Source: Gemmatimonadota bacterium (GTDB lineage: Bacteria; Gemmatimonadota; Gemmatimonadetes; Palauibacterales; KS3-K002). Taken from it: a stretch of 64,000 bases of DNA. Each line of letters starts with the position of its first letter. Position 1 is the first letter of the stretch. The stretch lies in NCBI GenBank assembly GCA_039586795.1, contig JBDHJS010000016.1:64001-128000 (forward strand). Reading direction: 5' to 3'. The notes beneath the pieces were generated by a model, which saw only the letters and a program-made list of their open reading frames with translations, ran no database searches and was not told the origin of the DNA. The position numbers were made by a program, and so were the translations under genes. Positions 55,867-64,000 of this stretch are shown piece after piece.

Positions 55867-58296
55867 ATGAAGAGTCTTTGGCAGGATATACGTCTGAGCA
55901 TCCGAATGCTGCGTCGCAATCCCGGGTTCACGTTGGTGGCGGTCGTGACGCTCGCCCTCGGGATCGGCGCGACCAGCGCCATCTTCTCCGTGGTGAATGG
56001 GGTGTTACTCAGGCCGTTCCCGTACAGCAATCCAGGTCGCCTGGTCGTTGTATGGGAAAGCAACGTGACCCGAGGCCTGCCCTACATGTTCGCATCACCG
56101 CCGAACTACGCGGATTGGCGCAGCCAGAACGATGTGTTCGAGGAGATGGGCGCCTTCGGACGTGGCCGGTTTCTGATCGACCAAGAAACAGAGTCGAATG
56201 TCGTCCGCGGTGCTCGAGTGACGGCTGGCACGTTTTCGATGTTAGGCGCCGCTCCGCTGTTGGGTCGACATTTCACCCCGGAGGACGATCGGGTCGGGAG
56301 CGCACCCGTGGTTTTGCTCAGCTATGGCGCTTGGCAGAACCGCTTCGGCGGCGATCCTCAACTGATTGGACGGTCGATCAGAGTTAATGCTGAGGACTAC
56401 ACCGTGGTCGGCGTGATGCCGCCCGGGTTCGAGTTTCCGCCGCCAATCTCGTTGGAGGGAGCGATCCCCACGGAGCAGACCGAGCTGTGGGTGCCGTTTG
56501 CCATGGACATGGAGAATGGCAATCGGAGCGCGCACTTCATGACGGTCATCGCGCGATTGAAACGGGGTGTCGAGTTGCCGGCGGCGCAAACAGAGATGAA
56601 CACCGTCGCCTCCCGGCTTCGACAGGAGTATCCATCGAGCAATGCCGGGTGGGATATCACCTTGACGTCATTGGACAGGCAGGTACTGGGAGATGTAAGC
56701 CTGCAGCTCATGATCCTCATGGGCGCCGTCGCCTTGGTGTTGCTCATCGCTTGCGTCAACGTCGCGAATCTCTTGCTGGCAAGAGGAACAGGGCGACTCA
56801 AGGAATTCGCACTGCGTGCTTCGCTCGGCGCAGGCCGTGGTCGATTGATCAGGCAGCTGCTCACCGAAAGCCTGGCGCTGTCGATTCTCGGAGGTATTGC
56901 CGGCCTGGTGATCGCGGTTTGGGGGTCGGGCGTTTTGGTCGGATTGGCGCCGCGCGACATACCACGGCTGGGGGAAGTCGGCCTGGACGTCCGGGTGCTG
57001 GGGTTCACGCTGATCGTGACGATCCTCACCGGCGTGCTGTTCGGGCTGGCACCGGCGTTCCAAGGGATCACCGAAAACCTCAGCGGACGATTGCGAGAAG
57101 CCGGGCGCGGTCAATCCGAGGGCCGCGGTCACTCGCGCCTCCGTTCGTCTCTCGTGGTGGCGGAAGTCGGCCTCTCTCTGGTGCTGTTGGTCGGCGCGGG
57201 TCTGCTGATTAGAAGCTTCGTCAACTTGCGTGGTGCGGACACTGGGTTCGAGGCGACGAACCGAGTGACCATGCGTATAACCTTGCCGGGTTCGCGATAC
57301 GAGGAAGATCCGCAGCGAGTAGCGGCGTACAGCGAGCTTGAGCGAAGGCTGAACGAAGCCCAGGGAATAAGCGCGGCCGGTTTCATCAACAGCATCCCAT
57401 TGGCCGTGGACCGCGGTGGTACTTCGTTCATCAAAGAAGGTGAGACGGAGGTTCCCGAAGGTGAGAATCGCTCGGTCAACTTTGCTACTGTAACTCCGAA
57501 CTACTTCCAGGCGATGGGGGTGCGACTGATCAGTGGACGCGGTTTCACGGACCGTGATGGCCCCGAGGGCGAGGGCGCCGTCATAGTCAACGATGCGTTT
57601 GTCAGTCGGCACTTTCCTGGTGAAGACGTGATCGGCCGGCGTCTGGGTCTTCATGGCCAGCCGTTCACAATCGTGGGTGTGGTCGGTGGCGTTCGCCACA
57701 ACACGATCCGAGATGACCCCAATCCCAGCGTTTATGTCCCCTATGCGCAGGTCACGATGTCGCGAAGCTTGTACCTGGTTGTTCGCAGCGAGACCGCTGC
57801 CGGCCTCGACATCGCGAGAGGCGTCGTCCGCCAATTCGACTCGACTTTGCCGATCTACGACGTGAAATCGATGGATCAGATCCTCGGCGAGTCACTAGCT
57901 CGAATGCGCTTTTCGACGACTCTGATGCTTGTCTTTGCTTTCGTGGCGCTGATTCTCGCTGCCGTCGGCATCTATGGAGTTATCGCGTACTCCGTGAGTC
58001 GGCGGACTCAAGAGATCGGAGTCCGCGTCGCTATCGGCGCCAGCACGGCCGACGTGATCCGGCTCGTGTTGGGGCAGGGGCTACGCCTCGTCGCCATAGG
58101 GGTCCTGGTCGGCGCTGCGGCCTCGCTCTTGCTTTCCCGGTTCCTGAGTAGCCTCTTGTACGGGATCGATTCCACCGACGCTCTGACGTTGGTCGGCGTC
58201 GCGCTGATACTGGTAATCGTAGCCGTACTGGCCTGCTACCTGCCAGCGCGACGTGCTACAAAAGTCGAACCCGTAGAGGCTCTCAGGTCCGAGTGA
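55867..58296 (+). CDS. ABC transporter permease, duplicated MacB/FtsX type (ADOP-like)
   Basis: LALGIGATSAIFSVV, LLIACVNVANLLL, RRTQEIGVRVAIGA, PARRA..V.P..ALR.E. Confidence 0.95.
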   Translation: MKSLWQDIRLSIRMLRRNPGFTLVAVVTLALGIGATSAIFSVVNGVLLRPFPYSNPGRLVVVWESNVTRGLPYMFASPPNYADWRSQNDVFEEMGAFGRGRFLIDQETESNVVRGARVTAGTFSMLGAAPLLGRHFTPEDDRVGSAPVVLLSYGAWQNRFGGDPQLIGRSIRVNAEDYTVVGVMPPGFEFPPPISLEGAIPTEQTELWVPFAMDMENGNRSAHFMTVIARLKRGVELPAAQTEMNTVASRLRQEYPSSNAGWDITLTSLDRQVLGDVSLQLMILMGAVALVLLIACVNVANLLLARGTGRLKEFALRASLGAGRGRLIRQLLTESLALSILGGIAGLVIAVWGSGVLVGLAPRDIPRLGEVGLDVRVLGFTLIVTILTGVLFGLAPAFQGITENLSGRLREAGRGQSEGRGHSRLRSSLVVAEVGLSLVLLVGAGLLIRSFVNLRGADTGFEATNRVTMRITLPGSRYEEDPQRVAAYSELERRLNEAQGISAAGFINSIPLAVDRGGTSFIKEGETEVPEGENRSVNFATVTPNYFQAMGVRLISGRGFTDRDGPEGEGAVIVNDAFVSRHFPGEDVIGRRLGLHGQPFTIVGVVGGVRHNTIRDDPNPSVYVPYAQVTMSRSLYLVVRSETAAGLDIARGVVRQFDSTLPIYDVKSMDQILGESLARMRFSTTLMLVFAFVALILAAVGIYGVIAYSVSRRTQEIGVRVAIGASTADVIRLVLGQGLRLVAIGVLVGAAASLLLSRFLSSLLYGIDSTDALTLVGVALILVIVAVLACYLPARRATKVEPVEALRSE

Positions 58297-58991
58297 AGAT
58301 ATCGGTACTCAAGAACCCCAGACTCGTTCTCGCGATCACGTTGGTTGTGATAGCGGCGGTTTTGCTCGTGCTGTCCGTGCAGATGGAAGAGGGAGGCCGG
58401 GCGTCCGATCTAATGATGGGCTTCGCCACGGAGGTGTTCGGGATCCTGGTGGTGCTCGCCGTCGTGGATTGGATGCTCGAGCGGCGGCGTCGCCAGGAGC
58501 GAGCCCGGGATCTGGCTTGGGCCGTCCTCCACTCACTCGAGCGGGCTGTGTGGGTCTGGCAGGGCGGCCCCCGTCGCACCACGAGTGATGAGCTGCTCGG
58601 GATTATCCGAGGTATTGAAACGAAAGACGAGCTTCTACCTTTCACGCGTTCGCTCCTCGCTGCGGTAGGGGCGCGGAGCGTCGACGTGCTGGACCGGGAA
58701 GCGTCCTCTGTGCGCACAATCCCCGGATTCGCTGCGGCGCTGCAAGAGCTCTCGAGCATCCACTCCCTGTCGAACGAGAAGGCGCCGGTCTCGGTCAGCT
58801 TGGTCCGAGAAGTGTTGTGGACTGCGACTCAAGGATTGGCCCGCGTCCTCACCCTCCCCAGCCAGGCGATGCTCTCCGCGCTGATCCGCTATCGAGATGC
58901 AAGCCCCACTGCGCAGCAGGAGCGCTATGAGCGTCTTCGCTTAGGTCTTGCGGAGGCCGGTGGCCATGGAGACGTGATGGCGTCGTGGTAG
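58293..58991 (+). CDS. Hypothetical membrane protein
   Basis: Two N-terminal TMs; GTGA overlap with permease stop. Confidence 0.7.
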   Translation: MKISVLKNPRLVLAITLVVIAAVLLVLSVQMEEGGRASDLMMGFATEVFGILVVLAVVDWMLERRRRQERARDLAWAVLHSLERAVWVWQGGPRRTTSDELLGIIRGIETKDELLPFTRSLLAAVGARSVDVLDREASSVRTIPGFAAALQELSSIHSLSNEKAPVSVSLVREVLWTATQGLARVLTLPSQAMLSALIRYRDASPTAQQERYERLRLGLAEAGGHGDVMASW

Positions 58992-59297
58992 ACCGCTTCC
59001 CAGCTGTTACTTCACCCCGATGGATTCCCACGCTGCCCACCTCGCTTACTCCTGCGGGTCTCCAGCATTGCCAGTCGGCGACAGGGAGAAGTAGGGTCCG
59101 CTGTGGTCCCTAAAGTAATACCCGGCCTGAGATACCTAAGTGAATGGCATTACCGGCCTAACGCCTTGATTAATGGGCCACATTTCGTCATTTTGCCTAT
59201 GTTTCATAGCAAAGGTCAACGCTGTACCGCTAGCGCCGGGGCTCATAGAGGTCTGGATAGCTATCGATGGGGTTAGACAGTCACAGGAGGAGTTCGC

Positions 59298-61160
59298 GTG
59301 AAACATCGTCTTGCCGTCGCATTCCTTGGTGTTCTTTTGCCAGGGCTCTTCGCCTGCTCGGAGCCCGGCGTTCCGGTTCAGCAGGTGTTGATGTTCCGGG
59401 GTGATCCTGCGCACACCGGAGTGTACAACACGCAAGGCGTCGATGAGCTTGGCGGACTACTCTGGCGATTCTCAACCAGGGGAGCTGTTCGGTCGTCACC
59501 GGCAGTATCAGGAGAAAGGGTCTACATCGGCAGTACCGACGGCAACCTATACGCGCTGGACCGAGCAACGGGCGTGGAGAACTGGCGCGTCGATGTTTCC
59601 AGCCCGATAAGCTCTTCGCCGGCCGTCGCCCGCGGCCTCGTGATCTTCGGGTCGCGGGATGGAGCGTTTCACGCCGTCGACAGCGGTTCGGGAAGGGCCG
59701 CGTGGCGCTTTGACACCGGCGCCTTGATTCCGTGGGAATGGGGATCCGAAGGCTGGGACGTTTACACGTCTTCACCGGTCGTGGTGGATTCGGTTGTCAT
59801 CTTCGGCGCCGGCGACGGTGTTGTGTATGCCCTGGACCTAGACACGGGCACCGAAATCTGGCGCTTCGCGACCGAAGGGAGAATCAGGTCGACCCCCGCC
59901 GTCGGCGATGGGCACGTGTTCGTCGGGAGCACGGACGGGATCGTCTACGCGTTGGAGTTCGACACCGGTGAAGAGACCTGGCGTCACGCGACCGACGGCG
60001 CCGGATTGAAGTCCGAGGACCTTCGCGTAGACCGCAAATCGATCATCCCCGCACTCGCCGTCGCTGACAACGCGGTGTATGTCGGTTCGCGTGATGGCTT
60101 CATGTACGCCCTGGACAGCAGCACCGGTGAGCGCAAGTGGATGGCGAGTCACAGCGGGTCCTGGGCGATGTCGGCACCGGCCATACTGGGTAACGCGATC
60201 TACGCCGGTACTTCGGATGGGCGGTTCGTTCACAAGCTCGACGTGAACAGCGGTGAGGAGCTCTGGAGACTCGTCGGCGTAGGATACACCTGGTCGTCCC
60301 CCAGTATCGTGGGCGGCACGGTCTACATCGGAGACGGCGAAGGGTACCTCCGGGCGATCGATCGAGATACCGGCCAGGAGCGTTGGAACTACTGGGTCGA
60401 GGGAGGCGTCTACTCGAGTCCCGTGGTCGACGGGGGCGTCGTTTTCTTCGGTGCGGACGACGGGAACGTGTATGCGCTGCACGGTGAAGGGGTAGGCCTC
60501 CTCAGAGGCGTCTACTGGGATGAAGCGTTCCGTGACTATCAGACGCTCATGCCCCATCTGCAAACGCGGGTCTACTTCGAGCAGCGCGGGTATCGAGTGC
60601 TGGACGCCACTGCGCTTCAAGGGTTCTTAGAGGCACGAATAGCGGACCGCGCCCCGAGCGTGGTCGTCTTTGCGATGGAGTACCTGCCGGCATCGATCGC
60701 GGCTGAGCCGTCCGACACCGTGCTGTTCCGTCGCTATCTTGACGCGGGTGGAAAGGTCGTTTGGCTGGGGCCGCCGCCGCTGGCGCTGGGGTGGAATGAG
60801 GAGGGCCGAATCAACGCCTATGACATCGGTCGGGCAACAACGCTCCTCGGCGTCGACCATTCGAGCGCGAACTTCGACTTCTACGGGAGTGCGCCCACGG
60901 AACTCGGCGATAGCTGGGGGCTCGAGCGAGGCTGGTTGAGCACCTTCTCGATAGATGTCGCTGATGGCATAGAGGTGCTCGGCGTCGATGAGAATGGCAG
61001 GGCGGGCGCTTGGGTGAAGAACTTCGGTGGCCCGGCCGGAACCGGGTACATAGGCATGGGGCTCCATCGTGCGACGCTGACGAATCTCGAAGCCGCGTAC
61101 GTTACTGCCGAGCACAGAGGCGGGCGGCAAAGGCCCTCAGCCCGTAGCGACGAGAAATGA
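59298..61160 (+). CDS. PQQ-like (BamB-type) beta-propeller lipoprotein with extra C-terminal domain
   Basis: FAC lipobox, MFRGDPAHTG, repeated SSPAV..G.VY.GS.DG..YALD..TG...W; AGGAGG RBS. Confidence 0.92.
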   Translation: MKHRLAVAFLGVLLPGLFACSEPGVPVQQVLMFRGDPAHTGVYNTQGVDELGGLLWRFSTRGAVRSSPAVSGERVYIGSTDGNLYALDRATGVENWRVDVSSPISSSPAVARGLVIFGSRDGAFHAVDSGSGRAAWRFDTGALIPWEWGSEGWDVYTSSPVVVDSVVIFGAGDGVVYALDLDTGTEIWRFATEGRIRSTPAVGDGHVFVGSTDGIVYALEFDTGEETWRHATDGAGLKSEDLRVDRKSIIPALAVADNAVYVGSRDGFMYALDSSTGERKWMASHSGSWAMSAPAILGNAIYAGTSDGRFVHKLDVNSGEELWRLVGVGYTWSSPSIVGGTVYIGDGEGYLRAIDRDTGQERWNYWVEGGVYSSPVVDGGVVFFGADDGNVYALHGEGVGLLRGVYWDEAFRDYQTLMPHLQTRVYFEQRGYRVLDATALQGFLEARIADRAPSVVVFAMEYLPASIAAEPSDTVLFRRYLDAGGKVVWLGPPPLALGWNEEGRINAYDIGRATTLLGVDHSSANFDFYGSAPTELGDSWGLERGWLSTFSIDVADGIEVLGVDENGRAGAWVKNFGGPAGTGYIGMGLHRATLTNLEAAYVTAEHRGGRQRPSARSDEK

Positions 61161-62440
61161 TGATTGGGCTCTTCTACAGGCCATTCGTTCTGGCCATCTC
61201 GATCCTAGTTGTCGGGTGCATGGTCGAAGGTGGGCGAACGCCTGACTCCGACGACATCCAGGTGCTCGTCGTCGCTACCGTACACGGCCAACACCGGCGC
61301 AACCCGAATTACACGTACGAAGATGTCGTTAGGATCCTCGACACATACGACCCCGATGCCGTATGCGTGGAGATTCGCCCGGAAGACTTCCGCCGGCGAC
61401 CGTACCTCAAGGAGATGATGCTGGCCACGGCGTGGGCGGTGGTCAACGAACGCGAGGTTTGCGGTTTCGACTGGTACGACGGCACGGCGCGCCAAAACCG
61501 GGCCCGGCTCATGGAGCAACCGGAGTACGTAGAGAAAGAGCGGATGGTCGACAGCCTCATCGCGGCCAACCCGATCACCGGCCCGTTCAGAGAGCGGTAC
61601 GGTGACTTCTGGCGCGGAGAGATGGACCTTCGCTTCTACAACGGTCCCGAGTACAACCGCTATATCGAGGAGGTCTATCGTATATCGCTCGCCGTCTTCG
61701 GTGACAGCCCAATCAACTTGCACTACGAGTTTCGTAATCGTCGGATGATGGATCTGGCGTGGGATGTGATCAGCCGGCACGCCGGCGGTAAGGTGGCGCT
61801 GTTGACCGGCAGTGAACACAAGCACTACTTCGATCGCGATCTCGAGGCCCGTGAGAACGTCAGGGTCGTCGATCTCGATGAGTTCCTACCGCTCGTTGAC
61901 GACCCGTTGCACGCGGTGATCGCTGACTTCCTCCGGGAAGAAAACGACCTCGTCTATTACGAGAGCGGATTTCCCTCGGACACGAATCGCTATTATCAGT
62001 CCAAACTGGTGCCGCTCGTTCATGGCCCGAACATGGACTGGTATCCGGACACCATACCCGCCAGGAACATCGAGGTAGCCGGGAAGGTGCTGGAGCGTTG
62101 GCGCGTATCTCAGCCGCGATCTCATCGCATGACGTTCGACGAGGCATGGCTAGATTTTCTGACCGGGAATTGCGAATCGGCCGTCGAACGGGTAGCGGGT
62201 TTGGTCGAGGCGATCGAGAGCGGTCGCGTCGAGGATCCGTTCATCAGGGTCTACACGTATCGAAATCGCGGGCTGTGTCAGGACCTGCTAGGAGAACGAC
62301 CGGCGGCGCTCGAGTCGTACGCTCGTGCCAGGGCGCTCGCCCAGGGGACGCGAACGGAAGGGAACATCGACCGTGCTCTTCAGAACTACGAAACCGTCCC
62401 CTACCAGCGCCGGCGTGCTGAAGAGTCGTCAGGCCGCTAG
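61157..62440 (+). CDS. Hypothetical lipoprotein, TIKI/TraB-like N-terminal domain plus C-terminal TPR
   Basis: VGC lipobox, TVHGQH, DAVCVE, RNRRM, GSEH; TPR-like C-terminus. Confidence 0.65.
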   Translation: MMIGLFYRPFVLAISILVVGCMVEGGRTPDSDDIQVLVVATVHGQHRRNPNYTYEDVVRILDTYDPDAVCVEIRPEDFRRRPYLKEMMLATAWAVVNEREVCGFDWYDGTARQNRARLMEQPEYVEKERMVDSLIAANPITGPFRERYGDFWRGEMDLRFYNGPEYNRYIEEVYRISLAVFGDSPINLHYEFRNRRMMDLAWDVISRHAGGKVALLTGSEHKHYFDRDLEARENVRVVDLDEFLPLVDDPLHAVIADFLREENDLVYYESGFPSDTNRYYQSKLVPLVHGPNMDWYPDTIPARNIEVAGKVLERWRVSQPRSHRMTFDEAWLDFLTGNCESAVERVAGLVEAIESGRVEDPFIRVYTYRNRGLCQDLLGERPAALESYARARALAQGTRTEGNIDRALQNYETVPYQRRRAEESSGR

Positions 62441-62453
62441 ATGCAGAGGTACG

Positions 62454-63686
62454 TCACTGTAGCTTGAGGAGGCTGAAGAGCAATACCCGCTCCACGCCGA
62501 ACTCGTCGAGCGACACGCCGAGCACGAAATCGCCTCCCACCTGCACGATCCGGACGCCGCGAGGAATCTGCACGGCGCCCAACCACCTACCGTCGGCATC
62601 GAAGACCTGCCACGACTGGGCCTGCCTGGCATACTCTCCCAGCCAGACTCGGCCGCTGGGGTCTATGAGGAGGCCGAAGGCGGCCGGCAGTGCCTCTGGC
62701 AACTCCATTCGGGACCAAATCCGTTCAACGGAGCTTCGCTCATCTGGCGTTGGATCATCGCCCATCCATTCCGTCTTCATCGCACCGATCAGGCTGTCCG
62801 TGACGGGCTTGGGGTCATACGCGCCGCGGATGCGCCGTATCAGAGCGGCGTCGACGGAGTACACATCGACGCCCAATTCACCGCCATCCAGGAAGTAGAT
62901 CAGGCGCCCATCGGAGGCCAGCTCGGGAAAGCGACCCAGCGGGTGGTTGTTGATGGAGAGGCCGCCGTTGGACTCGACGGTGTAGCGATCCATGCCGGGA
63001 AGACGCATGAGCGCTTCTGGCTCCGATCCGTCTGAGCGGTACAGCGTGACGCGAATTGTATCTCGCCACAACCGCCACGGCTCGGCAGTGGTCAACAGCT
63101 CCGTGCTGCGCGCGATGATCCTTCCGTCGTCCAGTGCGGCTCGTGGTGACGGAAAGGCGCCGCCCTCGTTCCCAGCCAGGCGGCTCACGCGACCAAGGCG
63201 TCCCTCTTTGTCCAATACGGTGGCGCGCTGTTGTGATCGGTCGTAAACGAACAGCGAATCGCCGCGGTATTGCGCCAGCAGCCCGATATCTTGAAACTCG
63301 CCGGGGCCGCCGCCGCGACCGCCCACAGACGACAAGTGCATCCCTTGAGAGTCGTAGAACCGAATCTCCTTCGTACCCCCGTCTGCCACGACAACGCGCC
63401 CGTCCGGTAGTCGGAGCGCGCCGGCGATCTGGAAGAACAGGTACGCGTCATCTCCCTCAGCAACACCGATGGTCAGGTCGGGTTCGGATGCGAGGTGCAA
63501 ACCTTCAGTGCTGTCCCACGCTGGCGCCGCGCTCTCCACGATGGTGACTCCTGCACTGTCGCGAGTCGCGACGACAGGTTCACCGTCCCGCTCGGCACTG
63601 CAGGCCAAGAGCGGCACTGAAGTGGCGGCCAGCAGGTGGGCGACGGCGAGCCCACTCGGGCGCGATCTTCCAAAGCTTCGATTCAT
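62454..63686 (-). CDS. 6-bladed beta-propeller lipoprotein
   Basis: LAC lipobox, RDSAGVTIVES, GGRGGGPGEF, DEFGVERV; ATGA overlap with upstream gene. Confidence 0.88.
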   Translation of the reverse strand: MNRSFGRSRPSGLAVAHLLAATSVPLLACSAERDGEPVVATRDSAGVTIVESAAPAWDSTEGLHLASEPDLTIGVAEGDDAYLFFQIAGALRLPDGRVVVADGGTKEIRFYDSQGMHLSSVGGRGGGPGEFQDIGLLAQYRGDSLFVYDRSQQRATVLDKEGRLGRVSRLAGNEGGAFPSPRAALDDGRIIARSTELLTTAEPWRLWRDTIRVTLYRSDGSEPEALMRLPGMDRYTVESNGGLSINNHPLGRFPELASDGRLIYFLDGGELGVDVYSVDAALIRRIRGAYDPKPVTDSLIGAMKTEWMGDDPTPDERSSVERIWSRMELPEALPAAFGLLIDPSGRVWLGEYARQAQSWQVFDADGRWLGAVQIPRGVRIVQVGGDFVLGVSLDEFGVERVLLFSLLKLQ

Positions 63687-64000
63687 CGCACTCTTCTGAA
63701 CGCGGAGGGTGGATTCTCCTGCCAGGCACCGTCGCTGAAGACCATGACCTGGTCGATGTACTCCTCCGGGTTGTCGCATCTTACCGTCCAGACCCAGTGA
63801 TCGGCGCTCCCGTCAGGGCTGTAAGCGGACCCATTGATGACGACGTGCGAATCGGATGATTCAATCTCCTCACCTATTTGGAGGGAGGCGAAGGAATTGA
63901 CCATCTGCACAAGTATATTTCCTGTGTGCGGGTGCTGGGAAATTATGCCATGCATGTCTTCCCAAAGCGCCCCGTCGACCCAGATCTTGACGTCGATGTA
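63683..64000 (-). CDS. Hypothetical protein, beta-rich (DUF1579-like?), 5' end outside window
   Basis: Open frame from window edge to stop overlapping the next ATG. Confidence 0.55.
   Translation of the reverse strand, partial: YIDVKIWVDGALWEDMHGIISQHPHTGNILVQMVNSFASLQIGEEIESSDSHVVINGSAYSPDGSADHWVWTVRCDNPEEYIDQVMVFSDGAWQENPPSAFRRVR

Noticed and set aside
59040..59290. Weak direct repeat (CCTAA...CCGGCCT) and possible ncRNA in an AT-richer spacer
   Set aside because: Similarity is too degenerate and no stable fold is evident
1..64000. CRISPR array, tRNA (including tRNA-Sec), rRNA, transposase or integrase
   Set aside because: No regularly spaced repeat-spacer series, cloverleaf or catalytic motifs recognised by eye; intergenic gaps are short

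Overview
High-GC bacterial chromosomal segment. Gene content, synteny and protein style suggest Gemmatimonadota or a related FCB-group lineage (inference, no search run). Positions 1-45963 are mostly conserved, + strand housekeeping genes: mreBCD-mrdA-rodA, accD-folC-hisS, proS, Nif3, two Hsp20 + clpB, trxA-rsmI, a four-gene envelope DUF cluster, an aminotransferase, valS, an Ig-like lipoprotein, selA-gmhB-purN-purH. A minus-strand block interrupts this run: TonB-dependent receptor + TolB-like lipoprotein + NHL lipoprotein, then a frameshifted OPT transporter. From about 46100 on the genes are accessory and of mixed orientation: msrA, a beta-lactamase-fold TPR protein, an erythromycin-esterase-like protein, an enolase-superfamily dehydratase, DUF2092/DUF6515, two tandem Lrp genes (one frameshifted), an orphan ABC permease and beta-propeller lipoproteins. 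I found no rRNA, tRNA, CRISPR array, integrase or transposase. The most unusual signal is a set of short-period (7-8 nt) repeat or palindromic elements sitting directly behind stop codons. One is a ~160-bp imperfect palindrome (27952-28112) with no stop codon in any frame; it appears to be translated in-frame at the N-terminus of the DUF4159 gene and has a second partial copy upstream of clpB. Other points: a sigma54-type promoter with an adjacent palindrome at clpB, two probable CTG starts, two frameshifted genes and a probable outer-membrane-protein remnant. All product calls come from motif recognition by eye.
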